DNA of 64,000 nt. It comes from a virus. Lineage: Duplodnaviria > Caudoviricetes. Below, piece after piece: positions 49,201-58,700 of this stretch; the first letter of the stretch is position 1, and each line of letters opens with the position of its first letter. Location: IMG/VR virus record IMGVR_UViG_3300031787_000103, positions 1,392 to 65,391 of that record. One strand, written 5' to 3'. The position numbers were made by a program, and so were the translations under genes. A model generated the notes under the pieces. The model saw only the letters and a program-made list of their open reading frames with translations, was not told the origin of the DNA and did no database searches.

Positions 49201-51721
49201 GTTTAACTTCCATTTCTACCTCTACCGCCGCCTCTTGCGGTTCTGCTTTGGCTTTGTTTGCTTCTTCGGAGAGTTCGGTAGGCGTTTTGCCTGTGTCCAA
49301 AATAGTCTTGACCTCGGCCTCGATTGCGGCTATTTCGGCTAATGTGGAGTCGGGTTTTACACCCACTACTCGCATAGACTCCTCTAACTTTGCCTTACGG
49401 TCAAGTTCGCTTAATACATGGGCCTTTTTTTCACGGCTCAAACGCTCGAAATTCGGCTGTCCTTTCAACCCCTGCAACTTCTCGCTCAACTCATCGGCCA
49501 TTTCCTGAGCCTTGACTTGAGTTTCAGCATCCGTCACATCGGCAACCGTGCCTATCATTTGAGGCGTTTCGGCCATTGTAAGCATTACATCTTCCGTCGC
49601 ACCGCTTCGTGGCTTTTGAAATTGAGCCATAAACCTCATGCCGCCACCCGTTAAAAGACCCGCAAACGCTTGTTCTGCTATTTTTTCAGGGTTAAATGTA
49701 TCCTTGTAAAAGTCCTCACTCTTAACGGCATCAAAAACCTCACGGGCTGCATCACCCGCAATAGCAATAGCGCCCTCTTCTCCAAACTCCTCTACCGCCC
49801 CCGCCGAAATATCCTTCATCGCCGCAACCACATTGTCCTTGATAGCCTTTTGCATACTATCTCCGGCTTGTCTTTGAGCGATAATACCTTTTCTGAACTT
49901 CGGCGCATCAAAGAATTTAAGGTCGGACACGATATATCCTTCCAAAACAGCCTCAACGCCGCCTATTATTTTTGATGTTAGCTTAGCCTCTGTCACGTCC
50001 ATTCCGGCTGCGATAGCTTCTTCGTAAGCCATTGGCTCACCCATAAGAAACGCTGTTGCCGAAGTAGCCGCCCGTGGAATACGCATAGCAGAACCCGCAA
50101 CACCACCACCCGCAAAAAGAGTAGCCGACCCAAGGCCTTGCCCCAAAAGGTACGGTGTCTTTTGAAGGATTGACATATTCTCCCACGTTTTCGGGTCGTA
50201 GGGCTGACCTACAATATCGGTTGCGTATTTGCCGTAATTGTCGGCGTAGTTGTATAACCTATCAACCCAAGTGTATTCACCGCGACCCTCTTCTCCTTCA
50301 AACATTGTTTTAGGGAACTTCATCGCGCTTGCAAGACCCGTGTTAATAGACTCGCTAAATGAATAGATGGTAGCCGGAACTGCACCCTCACCCTGTCTTT
50401 TCATTCTTACAATATCGGCTCCCATTTCCTTTTCGGCAACATCGTAAAAATCGTCCGCTACACGCTCAAGTTCTATGTCTGTAGACCGCATTGAACGGTA
50501 GATGTTCTCTGCCTGATCTACAACGTCCGGCGTGACGCTTGTTTCCTTTTCAAGCGCCTTGTACTTCTGACTAAGCAAAGCAACCTCGCTTGAAAGAATA
50601 TCGTATCTTTTCTTTGACTCAACCGTAAGCGGCGACTCCGAAATCTTGTTTAACTCGTCAACCTTTTGGTTTAGCTGCTCGATGATTAGCGGTGCTTTTG
50701 CAAAGTATTGGTTAATATCGTGGTTTGACTCAAGTTCATACAACTCGGCTTTTTTAGCGGCGTAGTAAGTCCCAAGCGCCTCCCTCTTGAAATCAACCAT
50801 AAATCTTTGCTCGCCCTCACTGATACTACCCGTACCCTCTTTTTCCATTTTCTCCGAAATAGCACGGTACTGAGTTTCTTTGTCTTTGGCAAGTTCGGGC
50901 CGTGTAAAACGGAGGTAATTAATATACTGCTCGTCAACGGCCTTGAGGGAACTGTTAATCTCTGATTCAACCGCTTGAGCCGTGACCATATCGTCTGCAC
51001 CTTTAGCCTCTTTTAGCCTTTTTTGAGCGTCGACAATATCGAAGTCAACCATTATGTCCTGAGCGCGTCGATAGCTGTCTGCAAGTGGTTTTACGGCCTC
51101 GTAATCGGCTCTTTTTTTGGCTATAACCTGAGCCGTTGGGTCTCTTTCTATTTCGGCTTTGCGCTGTACAATACCCCTTACGACGGGTTCTGCCGCTGCG
51201 GATGCCTTAACTGCCTCTTGTGCTGTTAGCTCTTTTCCTGCGGGCATGGTTTCAGCGCCTTCCATTTGTTCGGCCTCTGACATAAACCGTGGGCCTTGAC
51301 CGGACGTTGGGACTTCCGTGACTATTTCGGTATCTACTACCTTGTCAACGGTCTTTTCGGGTGCCTTACGGCGTCTTGCTGCCTCTGCGGCCATTCGCAT
51401 AAGGCGCATTTCCTCCTTTGCGGAGTCGTCGCCTTGCGCTACACGGGTTGCTAATTCTGAAAACTTACGGGTATCAACCGTCGATACGGTCTGCGAAGCG
51501 CCTGAGCCAACTTGCGAAACGGGCTGCGACGGTTCTTTTTTTTTTACAAGCGAATCGTAATCGGAATAAGCGCCAAACACTTTCTCGCCTCCGAGGTTAT
51601 CGTACACGTCTTTTCGGTACGCGCTGTCCTCCGACATAAGCGATTTGAAATCATCGTACTTTCCGAATACGCCCTCACCTCCGAGGCCGTTGTAAATATC
51701 TTGCAGGTACTTTTCGTCCAT
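43259..51721 (-). CDS. Giant (2820 aa) internal virion/ejection protein, polyvalent type, with an ADP-ribosyltransferase-like domain
   Basis: Position after the tail genes; FYHGT...AVYLT...GNVYEV...GYDGI module at ~48590-49165. Confidence 0.75.
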   Translation of the reverse strand: MDEKYLQDIYNGLGGEGVFGKYDDFKSLMSEDSAYRKDVYDNLGGEKVFGAYSDYDSLVKKKEPSQPVSQVGSGASQTVSTVDTRKFSELATRVAQGDDSAKEEMRLMRMAAEAARRRKAPEKTVDKVVDTEIVTEVPTSGQGPRFMSEAEQMEGAETMPAGKELTAQEAVKASAAAEPVVRGIVQRKAEIERDPTAQVIAKKRADYEAVKPLADSYRRAQDIMVDFDIVDAQKRLKEAKGADDMVTAQAVESEINSSLKAVDEQYINYLRFTRPELAKDKETQYRAISEKMEKEGTGSISEGEQRFMVDFKREALGTYYAAKKAELYELESNHDINQYFAKAPLIIEQLNQKVDELNKISESPLTVESKKRYDILSSEVALLSQKYKALEKETSVTPDVVDQAENIYRSMRSTDIELERVADDFYDVAEKEMGADIVRMKRQGEGAVPATIYSFSESINTGLASAMKFPKTMFEGEEGRGEYTWVDRLYNYADNYGKYATDIVGQPYDPKTWENMSILQKTPYLLGQGLGSATLFAGGGVAGSAMRIPRAATSATAFLMGEPMAYEEAIAAGMDVTEAKLTSKIIGGVEAVLEGYIVSDLKFFDAPKFRKGIIAQRQAGDSMQKAIKDNVVAAMKDISAGAVEEFGEEGAIAIAGDAAREVFDAVKSEDFYKDTFNPEKIAEQAFAGLLTGGGMRFMAQFQKPRSGATEDVMLTMAETPQMIGTVADVTDAETQVKAQEMADELSEKLQGLKGQPNFERLSREKKAHVLSELDRKAKLEESMRVVGVKPDSTLAEIAAIEAEVKTILDTGKTPTELSEEANKAKAEPQEAAVEVEMEVKPLESEGDKTEAKDNVFYHGTAVELEGKLTAQKSNSAVGWNSGTLGDAVYLTNNKDAAKLFSHLAKQNKALRESKDGDVDEGVGNVYEVSISPDARILNANDKLNPLLIRPLLKEAGLRDDTILSFSDKNLSDFKYVSDILRYGKKIEGNHIEWLTKKLGYDGIRIKEDVWESWDYYPDNLGLGANKFQETPETIAIYNDEKIEKQVKSSKESEGVADQVTDQPTDQVTERPQAGEAVEMPATEAIQGEESPVNLLKNRTNETAQASDTEVDGGVRPTITEGEVGQGGEGVQPAVDVARGEGEVEIDYDKDVESFVDKIKGQFSGARLFVRKDNAGKTVSFELHEGEKNKRNAKRSIPVFFPSFKSDPSYYTEPTGRSKNKPTQFELDKKELIESLGLYGKKSPADILAQSQPTALPTEAEGQGIGVPDALKDVESTANALKKVPVKTKITDTATAREFNPKSNDVIAANNENNSWDKALRMGAKDIGDGWYKVGESNGDPIVYSPSLDRAFVLTDTKGGRVGTNLYRFIQNNNGDANALAEAYHAAKKDGSNPELVKAVEDLLAPDASKKGEKIDMKEERVDEVNISEQPAVEVTATDGGGETPSVSKEKPKKPSKLQKLADDLDSFADELGGSLGANAAAVAAAARALAKVLRSVDNMAQALAEWRKSDEYKALEPDDVKNIESRVSEKVGDDYVPPTPEKEEKKETPQRKLRGVIEAYVNRSDLDQETKDALLADDRSYYETLGIEAARDLAKGIIADLGIEDAVSLSDRPNSPVPVELQSLVYGEALIYAKEQGQKAKTVNEKDKWADYQLDVKEKLAAKATAYGRYNSYIESIYENSAYSIVRKSKKEIEKRNKIFAPNAQKAAKDVAKTLDSKDEMAEAVEEAVNRILGETVAEKDRIIKELEDKIKKIQSEPKAGKPQKQRSFKREKLDELRRKAFGKAAANPFLDPQVWEYLSYASGYYLESGYYKFADFYKKMRRDTKGKYEEYFAELYEEAKEALIERGVEAELFDTPEVVTQLAEEMYKEGEALKAKLEEEKNAKKAKLDLDKAAKKAEREAAKKIKDEAKKWEGKGLEKQIKEALIDAGYGKEVGGKMQVDWKKVTTDSRDAAPVVAKIKEALKDRIPADILASIMPIIESEANRIVVEKKKRAVKTKVEAYKRGRLRGVGQAVRRNTRIQGLVETWKQGGLTDADVLEKLASDFGVVAFSKEDERSIEKLVEEIDSMDAGAEKERLEERLQAYLEYLGSPQFLTNAFLERMKARLLSGPVTALKNMTGSIDAVIDTTYNVLVNQVSRQGIGDKEILRAVTKAHKKAFWTAMDVLWRGGIDKGTAMSEITKNKEGSPSVRYMENPRMAFKDVGLFHKLGGYSGIMERPFMRFMSAFDTFNQVIAEESEAYTYIKAQLRRANPYMSNKELNRRAYEAAFAVEINEAEKQAEKEYAEKGIDITDFAGRTRYNRRVHEIIEQKRGEDVLRAQQFYGNRTTYKATDPFFFSSIGLAVNEFKQAGSRAIRKVKSKTKNPNAIRALELGEFMWKATMDFLIPFVKSVSNILEKSMELTPVYGGIKAAAYTAMAGYNKSKGIESDYDFRRAGQYYYRAAVGALISALILAAADDDEEEKMKMIFGEGPENWKEAQNISKMRPANTIRINGNNISLDWFGPFAVNLKTKAALEDAKRYNKEGFIALSVLSAALNNMYFEQTGRILTEATNYLKSGDDRKISAMLKRLSAEYSTRMTIPATSFFRQAGQLVDAEAKKPVTFAEQLMKYSGLLQPMIDRPALDYRGKTYDTGQIYTSSADGFVKMFKDAIKVDEVDRLVFTYNPSIAGPNRGGEAYRIMEDGDYVPMSDEQFYEVSKMTGENLDHLLKIWAENPVPTSDYEVTPARQERIVRMAEEQLSDLGIMLTNENIRRKAQDILEEESYREKMKATINDINTKARNYAVYQFYVNNNLRVPINYYDAEAKYLKKEKELIQGYAED

Positions 51722-53172
51722 TACTTTTTACGTGCTGTTGCGTTTAGGTTTACCGATGGGGTTGAACCACTTGTCTTACCGTCCAAATTTACACCCTTTT
51801 CCCGCGCAATAGTGTACGGGCTGATAAAATTCATGTGAGTGTCGAAATACTGCTTGTTCTCGTCGTATGGAATCACAATACTTGGAAGCTCCTTAAACCT
51901 AACAAGCTGACCGTCAACCTCTCTAACTTCTTCACCCTTGCGATTTGCCTCTATGATAAACAGGTCTTTTTGCTCGTTGGAAGCGTTAATGCTAATCTCA
52001 CCAACGCGCTTCATAGCCTTTCCACGGGCGAAGGCTTTTCCGTCACGGATAACAAAGTCCCTGAATGAGAAAGAAACGTCCTTGCCTTGATGCTTGACTT
52101 CAAACGGCGGGATATTCTTCCCCTCCTTTGAAACCGAAATAACAAATACCTCTTCCGGTTGAGCACTAACCTTTGGCTTTTCACGGAGTTCTTTGTCACG
52201 GCGCAACTGCTCCATTGCCATATCCGCACGAGCGCCACCCCTTGTTACTTGGGCTTGCAAGTCAATAATTTCTTCGCGTGTAAGCGGGGTGTAAGCCTCT
52301 TCTTGTGCCGGAGTTTCGGTTACAAAGCCCGAACTAATCGTGAAGTCGCCTATTTGCTGACCTCCGCCCGCCATGTTGATATTGAAGTCACCACCTTTCG
52401 GAACGGGAACAACGGTTGTGCTTGACTTTGAACGACGGCGAATCTCCTCTTTAATCAAGTCTTTTGCCTTGGTCGCGTCTTTGGCCTGTCCGGTACGGAT
52501 TAGATGCTCCAACTGCTTAGGATAAAGCGCACCGTATTGTTTGGCGGCTGCGTCCAAAGTTTCTTCTGCTACACCTGTCTTGGTAACGTACTCACCACCC
52601 TGACGTTGCTCGTTTGTAGCCGCTTCGGGAACGAATTTATCAAGTTCCTCAAACGGCGTTACTTTAGGCATGAGCGGGTTAGAATTAAGCACGAGTTTCG
52701 AGGCTTCTTCCGGTGAAGTTTTTTCCAAATCGTCAAGAAACTTCTGAAACACCTGTTCGTCGTACTTTCCGGTTTGATATTCTTTGATGATCTTACCGAA
52801 AGCATCACGGGCCAAAGTGTCTTGCTCGATGGCGTAGTTCACGTCGCGTTCCATTTTAAGAAACTCAGGCATTGTTTGTGGGTCGCCGCCTGCCGCTGCA
52901 ATAGCCGCACCCGCACCGATTAGCTTTTCAATCTGCTGTGAGCGCACCTCTTTTGTCTTGTCCCACGTAGGAACAATCTGCTGCAACTTCGCAAGGTTGG
53001 CATCACGTAGCTTTTTATCGGCCTCTGCCTTTTGAATCTTGTCCCATTCCCTATCCACGTACTTATTCAACAAAGGCTGCATAATAGCCTGTGGTGAGGG
53101 CTGTTGGTCGAGCACGGTTGCGTATCCCGTGTTGTCCTGACCTTGAAATACTAATCCTTTTGCCTCTGCCAT
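51721..53172 (-). CDS. Probable internal virion/ejection protein
   Basis: Position; helical, charged composition. Confidence 0.55.
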   Translation of the reverse strand: MAEAKGLVFQGQDNTGYATVLDQQPSPQAIMQPLLNKYVDREWDKIQKAEADKKLRDANLAKLQQIVPTWDKTKEVRSQQIEKLIGAGAAIAAAGGDPQTMPEFLKMERDVNYAIEQDTLARDAFGKIIKEYQTGKYDEQVFQKFLDDLEKTSPEEASKLVLNSNPLMPKVTPFEELDKFVPEAATNEQRQGGEYVTKTGVAEETLDAAAKQYGALYPKQLEHLIRTGQAKDATKAKDLIKEEIRRRSKSSTTVVPVPKGGDFNINMAGGGQQIGDFTISSGFVTETPAQEEAYTPLTREEIIDLQAQVTRGGARADMAMEQLRRDKELREKPKVSAQPEEVFVISVSKEGKNIPPFEVKHQGKDVSFSFRDFVIRDGKAFARGKAMKRVGEISINASNEQKDLFIIEANRKGEEVREVDGQLVRFKELPSIVIPYDENKQYFDTHMNFISPYTIAREKGVNLDGKTSGSTPSVNLNATARKK

Positions 53173-53173
53173 G

Positions 53174-53926
53174 TTAGTTATTTATAGCATCAATGATTTG
53201 CTGAATCAATGCGTTTTGTGCTTCAATAGACCCCATTCCTGAGCCTCCTGATTGAGTTAAAGCCCCAAGTGCTTCGGTGGCTTGTTGAGCGTCTATTCCG
53301 GTTGGGTTAGGCGAGTTCAAAGCGCCCATCATTCCGGTTGAACCGCCGGATAGTTGGTCAATTAGTTGCTTGTTCATGTAAGCCCCTCCAATCGCACCAC
53401 CTACACCCTTAATACCCTCGTACATATTCTGCATACCGCCCGCGCCGAGTGCCGATGCCGCCGCTGCTTTATCCATGAACGGTTGCATTTCGTTGACCTC
53501 GAACTGTTTTTGTTCCCAATCGGCCATGCGGTTTAACTCCGCTTGTACGTTCTGCTGACGTTGCATATAACTCTGTGCGGCTTGTCCTGCAAGTTCGGTC
53601 TGCGATGTCATGCGATTAGCGTAAACATTGCTAAGTGCCGCAAGCGCCTCTGCCGGAGAAGATGCCGTTTCTTGGATATTGCTCGCTGCTCCGGCTACTT
53701 GTTGGTCAAGCATCATTTCTGCTTGGTCTTGACCCGGCATATCAAACGAAGACCCAATGCTCTTAGCCTTTGAAAGCGCGGCCACGGCAGAATCGGGTAT
53801 CTCCATTTCGGGACGCTTCAAGTCTTTGAGCATCTTTCGGCTTTGAACCATTTGAGCCGCACCCGTTATACCTTGAACCGCAGCGGGTATTCCTTGTGCA
53901 AGGGCGAACATTGTAATCGGATCCAT
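53174..53926 (-). CDS. Probable ejection (pilot) protein
   Basis: MDPIT start; rich in A/G/Q/M; follows the nozzle gene. Confidence 0.6.
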   Translation of the reverse strand: MDPITMFALAQGIPAAVQGITGAAQMVQSRKMLKDLKRPEMEIPDSAVAALSKAKSIGSSFDMPGQDQAEMMLDQQVAGAASNIQETASSPAEALAALSNVYANRMTSQTELAGQAAQSYMQRQQNVQAELNRMADWEQKQFEVNEMQPFMDKAAAASALGAGGMQNMYEGIKGVGGAIGGAYMNKQLIDQLSGGSTGMMGALNSPNPTGIDAQQATEALGALTQSGGSGMGSIEAQNALIQQIIDAINN

Positions 53927-53927
53927 T

Positions 53928-56900
53928 TTATACTATCGCTATTGAGTTTTGTGATTGCACCGTGCTTGACCAAATAATTACCTGTGAGGTCGAAGCCTGT
54001 GAAATCGTATTGGTTATTTCGTATCCCCTCATCTGTCTGCCGTTAACCTCTGCAAGAGCGGTTGTGACAAAGTTAGGGGTATTTATGTCACGTTTGTAAG
54101 GGGCGTAGTAAAATCCCTCTCTCAAAGCCCAACTTGTCGCCGGAATGCTTGTCTGCATCGCTGTGTACGAAGCGTTGGGTAAGATGTTAGCCACAAGCGC
54201 CCAAACTGAATTAGTTTTCAAGGCAACTGCCCGCCATATCTTCATAAGCGTTGGTTGACCTTTGGCGACATACTTCAAACTTTGAGTCTGAGGTTGACCT
54301 AAGAAGTTAAGATACGAACCCTGATTGTACTTGTAAAGCTGACCTGACACCCAACTAACAAGGTAATCACCTAAGTTCTGTGACCAATCCGATTGGTGAC
54401 GCATAAGCGAAGTCCAACGGCCCTTGACGTAGTTGAACACGGCGTAAATGTATGTGAACTTACCCGACGGGCCTTCTTCCTTGTAAGCGAACTGAAACAC
54501 AATCTCCCTATTCACAACGTCGTGGTAAGGGTAGATGTAATATTCTTCCGCAGTATCGAGAAGCGCGTTAATATCCTGAAACAGTTTAACGCACTTGTAT
54601 TTGCCGATAGTCAAGTCCTCCTGACCTCCGGCGTTGATGTAGATAACCTTAGCGTTCAAGCGGTCGTAGTAGTAAATACCCCAATCCACCTTAATTGCAG
54701 CCGATGAGTCTATACACCCGTAGGTTTGTTCTCGTGGTCTAACTTGTGCAAAGGTCGCACTCGTTGACGTTATTACGTTAGTATTGCCGTCACCGCCTAA
54801 CACAAGCGACTTTTGGTTGTAGATAGCCGAAACTTTGTTGTCTTGCAATACGTTAAGCGTATATCCGTCCTGAATGATTCGGCAAATCTCGCCGTTTTCA
54901 TCCGATACCACTACCCTGTTTTGAGCCTCCATTGTGTTGAGGCCGTTAATCAAGGTGTTGTCGAGTAACTTATTGGAGTGGATAACCGTTCCGATCAAGT
55001 GTTTCTGATTGCCGTTAGGGTTGTCCGGTGCGAGTGCTCCACGGCTATAATCCTGTGATACGAAGTAATCGCTATAACTTTTTGACTCGCACCACCACAT
55101 ACCGTTGGTTAATGGAACTGACGACACATTTCCGGCGTCCATTTTTTTGACCCGAAGATACCAATCCCCGTCCTTTCGATAATCGTCGCTAAGAAACACC
55201 TCCGCGCCCGAAGGCGGGCTAAGTACCTGTGCTACATCACCATCATGACGCCTGTTTGCCGTATGCGGGTCGATGATTGAAAATGCGGTGTTTGTGACAA
55301 AAAACGGCCTGTTTTCGTCCTCGCCATACGGTCTGTAAACCTCAACAAGCGCTGATTTACATGCGAATAGGCCCACTACATCATCTATCGTAGACCAATC
55401 AAAATAATCTACAACACACAGGTCTGTTCCGTTAACTCCTTCACCCGGCCCGTACCGATAGATTTGAAGGTCTATATATTCAGTAAGGTATTCAGCCTGA
55501 AAATTAAAGGCAACATCCCAATCCTGAGACTTTCGGATAAATCGCATCCTGTCTCCGGGCTGCGGAGTAAAGTCAAGAGTTGCGCCTACGTTTTCTGTCG
55601 TGTATACATTTTCAAGGCTAACAGCCAATCGTGTTGGGTTATCAACAATAGAATCTATACTGTAAACGGTTCTTTGATTGGCGTTAAATACCATTCCTGC
55701 GGGTTTGTAAACCACACGGTAATGAGTAGCCCAAGTCGGCGGAGGGTTGTCAATCGTTAACTTGATCTCGATGTAAAACGGCGCACGGGCGTTTGTGAAT
55801 CCCGAAAAGTCAATATCTGTAATCCACGGAATATCAACGGTCAAATCCTCGGTCTGAAAAACCGTGCCGGGCCTATTGGCCCTGTCCTCGTATTGAATCG
55901 CAAAGATGTAGCGCGAGCCTAGTTTGAACGTGGTCTTAGGATGAACGGGTCGAATTACAGGTGCGCTTCCTGTTTGCAATGCTTCAAGAAACGCTTGCCT
56001 TGTGTTCGCTATGATAATTCGTCTGTTTGGCGCATCTGCGGTTACTGAGTACCCTTCCGCAGTTAAAAAAGCCGCCGTAGACGCCACAAGAAGCGAATAG
56101 TCTGTTTCTGTTGTTACCGTAAAAAAGTGAGTCTGAAATGCAGTTCCTAATGTGAAGGGATATATCTGAAACACGATAACATCGCCGGGTTGATATGCGT
56201 AATAACCAACCGCGCCAAAAGTCCAAATAGATGCCGCGCCTCCGACAACTTGGTTGAACGTAACGACAATAGGCGCTAATCCGTTCTCATCCTCTATCTC
56301 AATCGGTGTGACCGAAACTGTAATGTCAGGTGTTACTTTGTCATATCCTTCACGGATATTTGCGTAGGCTATCTCAGAAGACGGCAAAAACTCCTGCGCC
56401 CTTGCCGTAATCGGGAATGTATCGAACTGAAAAACACCCGAATTAACCGCGTTGCCAAGCGTGTCGTTGTAGAAGTTTACAATTTCCGTGGTGTTATCCG
56501 GCAACACTTCTGCGGCCTTGTCAATGCTTCGCCAAAGCCTCCAAATACCGTTATTGCCCTCGCGGTATAGAATCTCAATCCTATCCACGTACTCAGGGCC
56601 TGTGTTGTACTGAATTTCAATGGCGTTGTCCTGCTGTGGGTTATTAGCCACAATACCACTCATCCAATACCCGTCCTCGTATAGCGCAAGGGCTGAAACG
56701 GGGCTAAGGGCCGACCGTTGGTTGTCGTCGTAGATATAACGGTAGCAGAACTGAAATAAGCGCCCGTAAATGAAGTTATAGGCGAAGTTGGTATCGGTCT
56801 GAGTCTGAATGTCCGGCGCAAACCTCGGAGGCCAACGTACAGCGTCTAATAGGCGAAACGTAAATGCCGAATAATCCCCGTCAATAGCTTTCTGAATATC

Positions 56901-57365
56901 AAGTCTGCGTGGTGGGTTATAGCCGTAAATTTCAGTTGTGTTATTACCCAAGAAGCTACCAAAGAACCCGTCCGTCCAATAAAGGACTCCGTTAACCACA
57001 AACGGGTTAACAATCTTTCGCTGCATTGAGAAGTTCAACACAGAATCCTGCATCACAAGGTCAAACGCCTCGTCCTCGGTATTGTACTTCCAAATTTGAT
57101 GGTCAAGGTTGGAATTGTACAAAAAGAAGATAATACTCCTATCCTCAACCCATCCGCAAGAGCCAATGATTAGGTTCTGTCCGGCAGGCAGTCCCGCGTT
57201 ATTTACCAATGTTGTTCCGATCATCGACACCTGTGCGCCGTCGTAGCCGTGAGCACTCATGCCGCGGCAATAATAGGACTCACGGTAGTCGCCTTGTGCC
57301 ACATACCGCGCATCGCTATCGGTGTCTATACCGCCAAAGAATAGTATTTCCTCTTTGTTGTTCAT
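53928..57365 (-). CDS. Tail nozzle / stabilization protein (P22 gp10-like, crAss-like muzzle)
   Basis: 1145 aa, beta-rich; F.GGIDTD.D.R, LYWTD, PPRRLD and FQFCYRYIYDD...SALSP motifs. Confidence 0.75.
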   Translation of the reverse strand: MNNKEEILFFGGIDTDSDARYVAQGDYRESYYCRGMSAHGYDGAQVSMIGTTLVNNAGLPAGQNLIIGSCGWVEDRSIIFFLYNSNLDHQIWKYNTEDEAFDLVMQDSVLNFSMQRKIVNPFVVNGVLYWTDGFFGSFLGNNTTEIYGYNPPRRLDIQKAIDGDYSAFTFRLLDAVRWPPRFAPDIQTQTDTNFAYNFIYGRLFQFCYRYIYDDNQRSALSPVSALALYEDGYWMSGIVANNPQQDNAIEIQYNTGPEYVDRIEILYREGNNGIWRLWRSIDKAAEVLPDNTTEIVNFYNDTLGNAVNSGVFQFDTFPITARAQEFLPSSEIAYANIREGYDKVTPDITVSVTPIEIEDENGLAPIVVTFNQVVGGAASIWTFGAVGYYAYQPGDVIVFQIYPFTLGTAFQTHFFTVTTETDYSLLVASTAAFLTAEGYSVTADAPNRRIIIANTRQAFLEALQTGSAPVIRPVHPKTTFKLGSRYIFAIQYEDRANRPGTVFQTEDLTVDIPWITDIDFSGFTNARAPFYIEIKLTIDNPPPTWATHYRVVYKPAGMVFNANQRTVYSIDSIVDNPTRLAVSLENVYTTENVGATLDFTPQPGDRMRFIRKSQDWDVAFNFQAEYLTEYIDLQIYRYGPGEGVNGTDLCVVDYFDWSTIDDVVGLFACKSALVEVYRPYGEDENRPFFVTNTAFSIIDPHTANRRHDGDVAQVLSPPSGAEVFLSDDYRKDGDWYLRVKKMDAGNVSSVPLTNGMWWCESKSYSDYFVSQDYSRGALAPDNPNGNQKHLIGTVIHSNKLLDNTLINGLNTMEAQNRVVVSDENGEICRIIQDGYTLNVLQDNKVSAIYNQKSLVLGGDGNTNVITSTSATFAQVRPREQTYGCIDSSAAIKVDWGIYYYDRLNAKVIYINAGGQEDLTIGKYKCVKLFQDINALLDTAEEYYIYPYHDVVNREIVFQFAYKEEGPSGKFTYIYAVFNYVKGRWTSLMRHQSDWSQNLGDYLVSWVSGQLYKYNQGSYLNFLGQPQTQSLKYVAKGQPTLMKIWRAVALKTNSVWALVANILPNASYTAMQTSIPATSWALREGFYYAPYKRDINTPNFVTTALAEVNGRQMRGYEITNTISQASTSQVIIWSSTVQSQNSIAIV

Positions 57366-58129
57366 CGCAAGGTGAATCCGCTAACAGCCCACAATGCGTC
57401 AAGTATCTCGTCTGTCGTCGGTGCTATGCTTCCGGCAGCGTTATACATGGCGTCGTGATACTGTCGTTCTAAGTCTTGTTGGTTTTTGTAAAACTTATCC
57501 TCATCGCTAAAAGCCGCAACTTGCCAAATCATGTATTTACGGAACGGTTCGATAAAAGCAGGGTTAACCACGGTCTTACCCGTTACGTTACGGCCCGCCG
57601 ATATGTACTCAATCCATACCTCACCGTTAGGCAAATGCTCGGCGTTCATTGAGAATCTAATCTGTCGCTGTGCACTATCGACCTGATAGTAGGCGTAGTT
57701 ATAGCCACCCCCTGCTGTAAATCGCGGCGGGAAGTATTGACCTCCCCAAGAGTGACCCATAAACCATGTTCCCGTCACGTTGTCCGGCGACTGCTGCTCG
57801 TCCTTAGTGGGGGCGCAAACTTTGGTATCGTCCAAGGTGTAAAGGTTATCCACGCGGGTCAATGTCCACAGTCTCTCCCCTCTTTTAATCCCGACCTTTG
57901 AAACCGTTATCATATCCGACGGCATCGAGAATATGCGGCTACCGTTGTCAACGACAAACCGCGTAACTTCAACACTCGGATAGGTGGTCGAAGTCCGTGC
58001 AAGTTCGGAGTACCATTCAATGCCGATCTGCTCGAAACGGTCGTACTCCTGCATATCAAGCCCCATTCGGTTAAGAGCCGATAAAACCACATACTCTATA
58101 TTCTTAACCGGATTGTTCTCGTTAACCAT
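57362..58129 (-). CDS. Tail ring / tubular protein
   Basis: Position; P.D....K.G pattern. Confidence 0.55.
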   Translation of the reverse strand: MVNENNPVKNIEYVVLSALNRMGLDMQEYDRFEQIGIEWYSELARTSTTYPSVEVTRFVVDNGSRIFSMPSDMITVSKVGIKRGERLWTLTRVDNLYTLDDTKVCAPTKDEQQSPDNVTGTWFMGHSWGGQYFPPRFTAGGGYNYAYYQVDSAQRQIRFSMNAEHLPNGEVWIEYISAGRNVTGKTVVNPAFIEPFRKYMIWQVAAFSDEDKFYKNQQDLERQYHDAMYNAAGSIAPTTDEILDALWAVSGFTLR

Positions 58130-58700
58130 CTACGTCGGGTTTTTGATTGTTCACTACTTCCATAGGCCGACCGTCCATCATGCGGATAGCCTGAAAAACA
58201 GCCATGAAAAACGTACTCTCCTTGCCCGTTAGCACAACCATATCGTCCTCGTCCATAGCGCTAATGTTTGGTATCAAAAACGCGGTCACGGTTGAATTGG
58301 GTTTGCGCGTGAACTTGAACACCTCACCTAACGGATAAAGGCTCACACGGCCTGAATAGGGTTTAAGCACGGTCATAATCGAGTGACCCAAAATGGAGTC
58401 CTGCACGTTATACCAATCCGAAGGGTCGCAACCGTACACCAATATTATGCTTTTGGCGTTAATCGCAAGTGGAATCGGAATAGGCGCTTGCCACTCTCCG
58501 TTTACCTCTGTGGGCGTTAGCGTGTACGGAATAGCTAAATCCTTAGCCAAGTTCATGTCATTCGACACGAGTTCTGAGAAAACCATATCACAGACCCGCT
58601 CAAGCACTTGCGGATGATACTTACCCTTTATATCGTCGGGGCAATCGCCTCCTGACAATCTGTTTTGAAGGGTTACAATTAAGTCTCTTTTTGTTATCAC
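58122..58700 (-). CDS. Tail ring / adaptor protein
   Basis: Position in the structural operon. Confidence 0.5.
   Translation of the reverse strand: MITKRDLIVTLQNRLSGGDCPDDIKGKYHPQVLERVCDMVFSELVSNDMNLAKDLAIPYTLTPTEVNGEWQAPIPIPLAINAKSIILVYGCDPSDWYNVQDSILGHSIMTVLKPYSGRVSLYPLGEVFKFTRKPNSTVTAFLIPNISAMDEDDMVVLTGKESTFFMAVFQAIRMMDGRPMEVVNNQKPDVDG

Noticed and set aside
51025-51055. DFDIVD as the catalytic DxDxD motif of a virion RNA polymerase
   Set aside because: The spacing is wrong and it lies in a helical N-terminal region without other RNA polymerase motifs.
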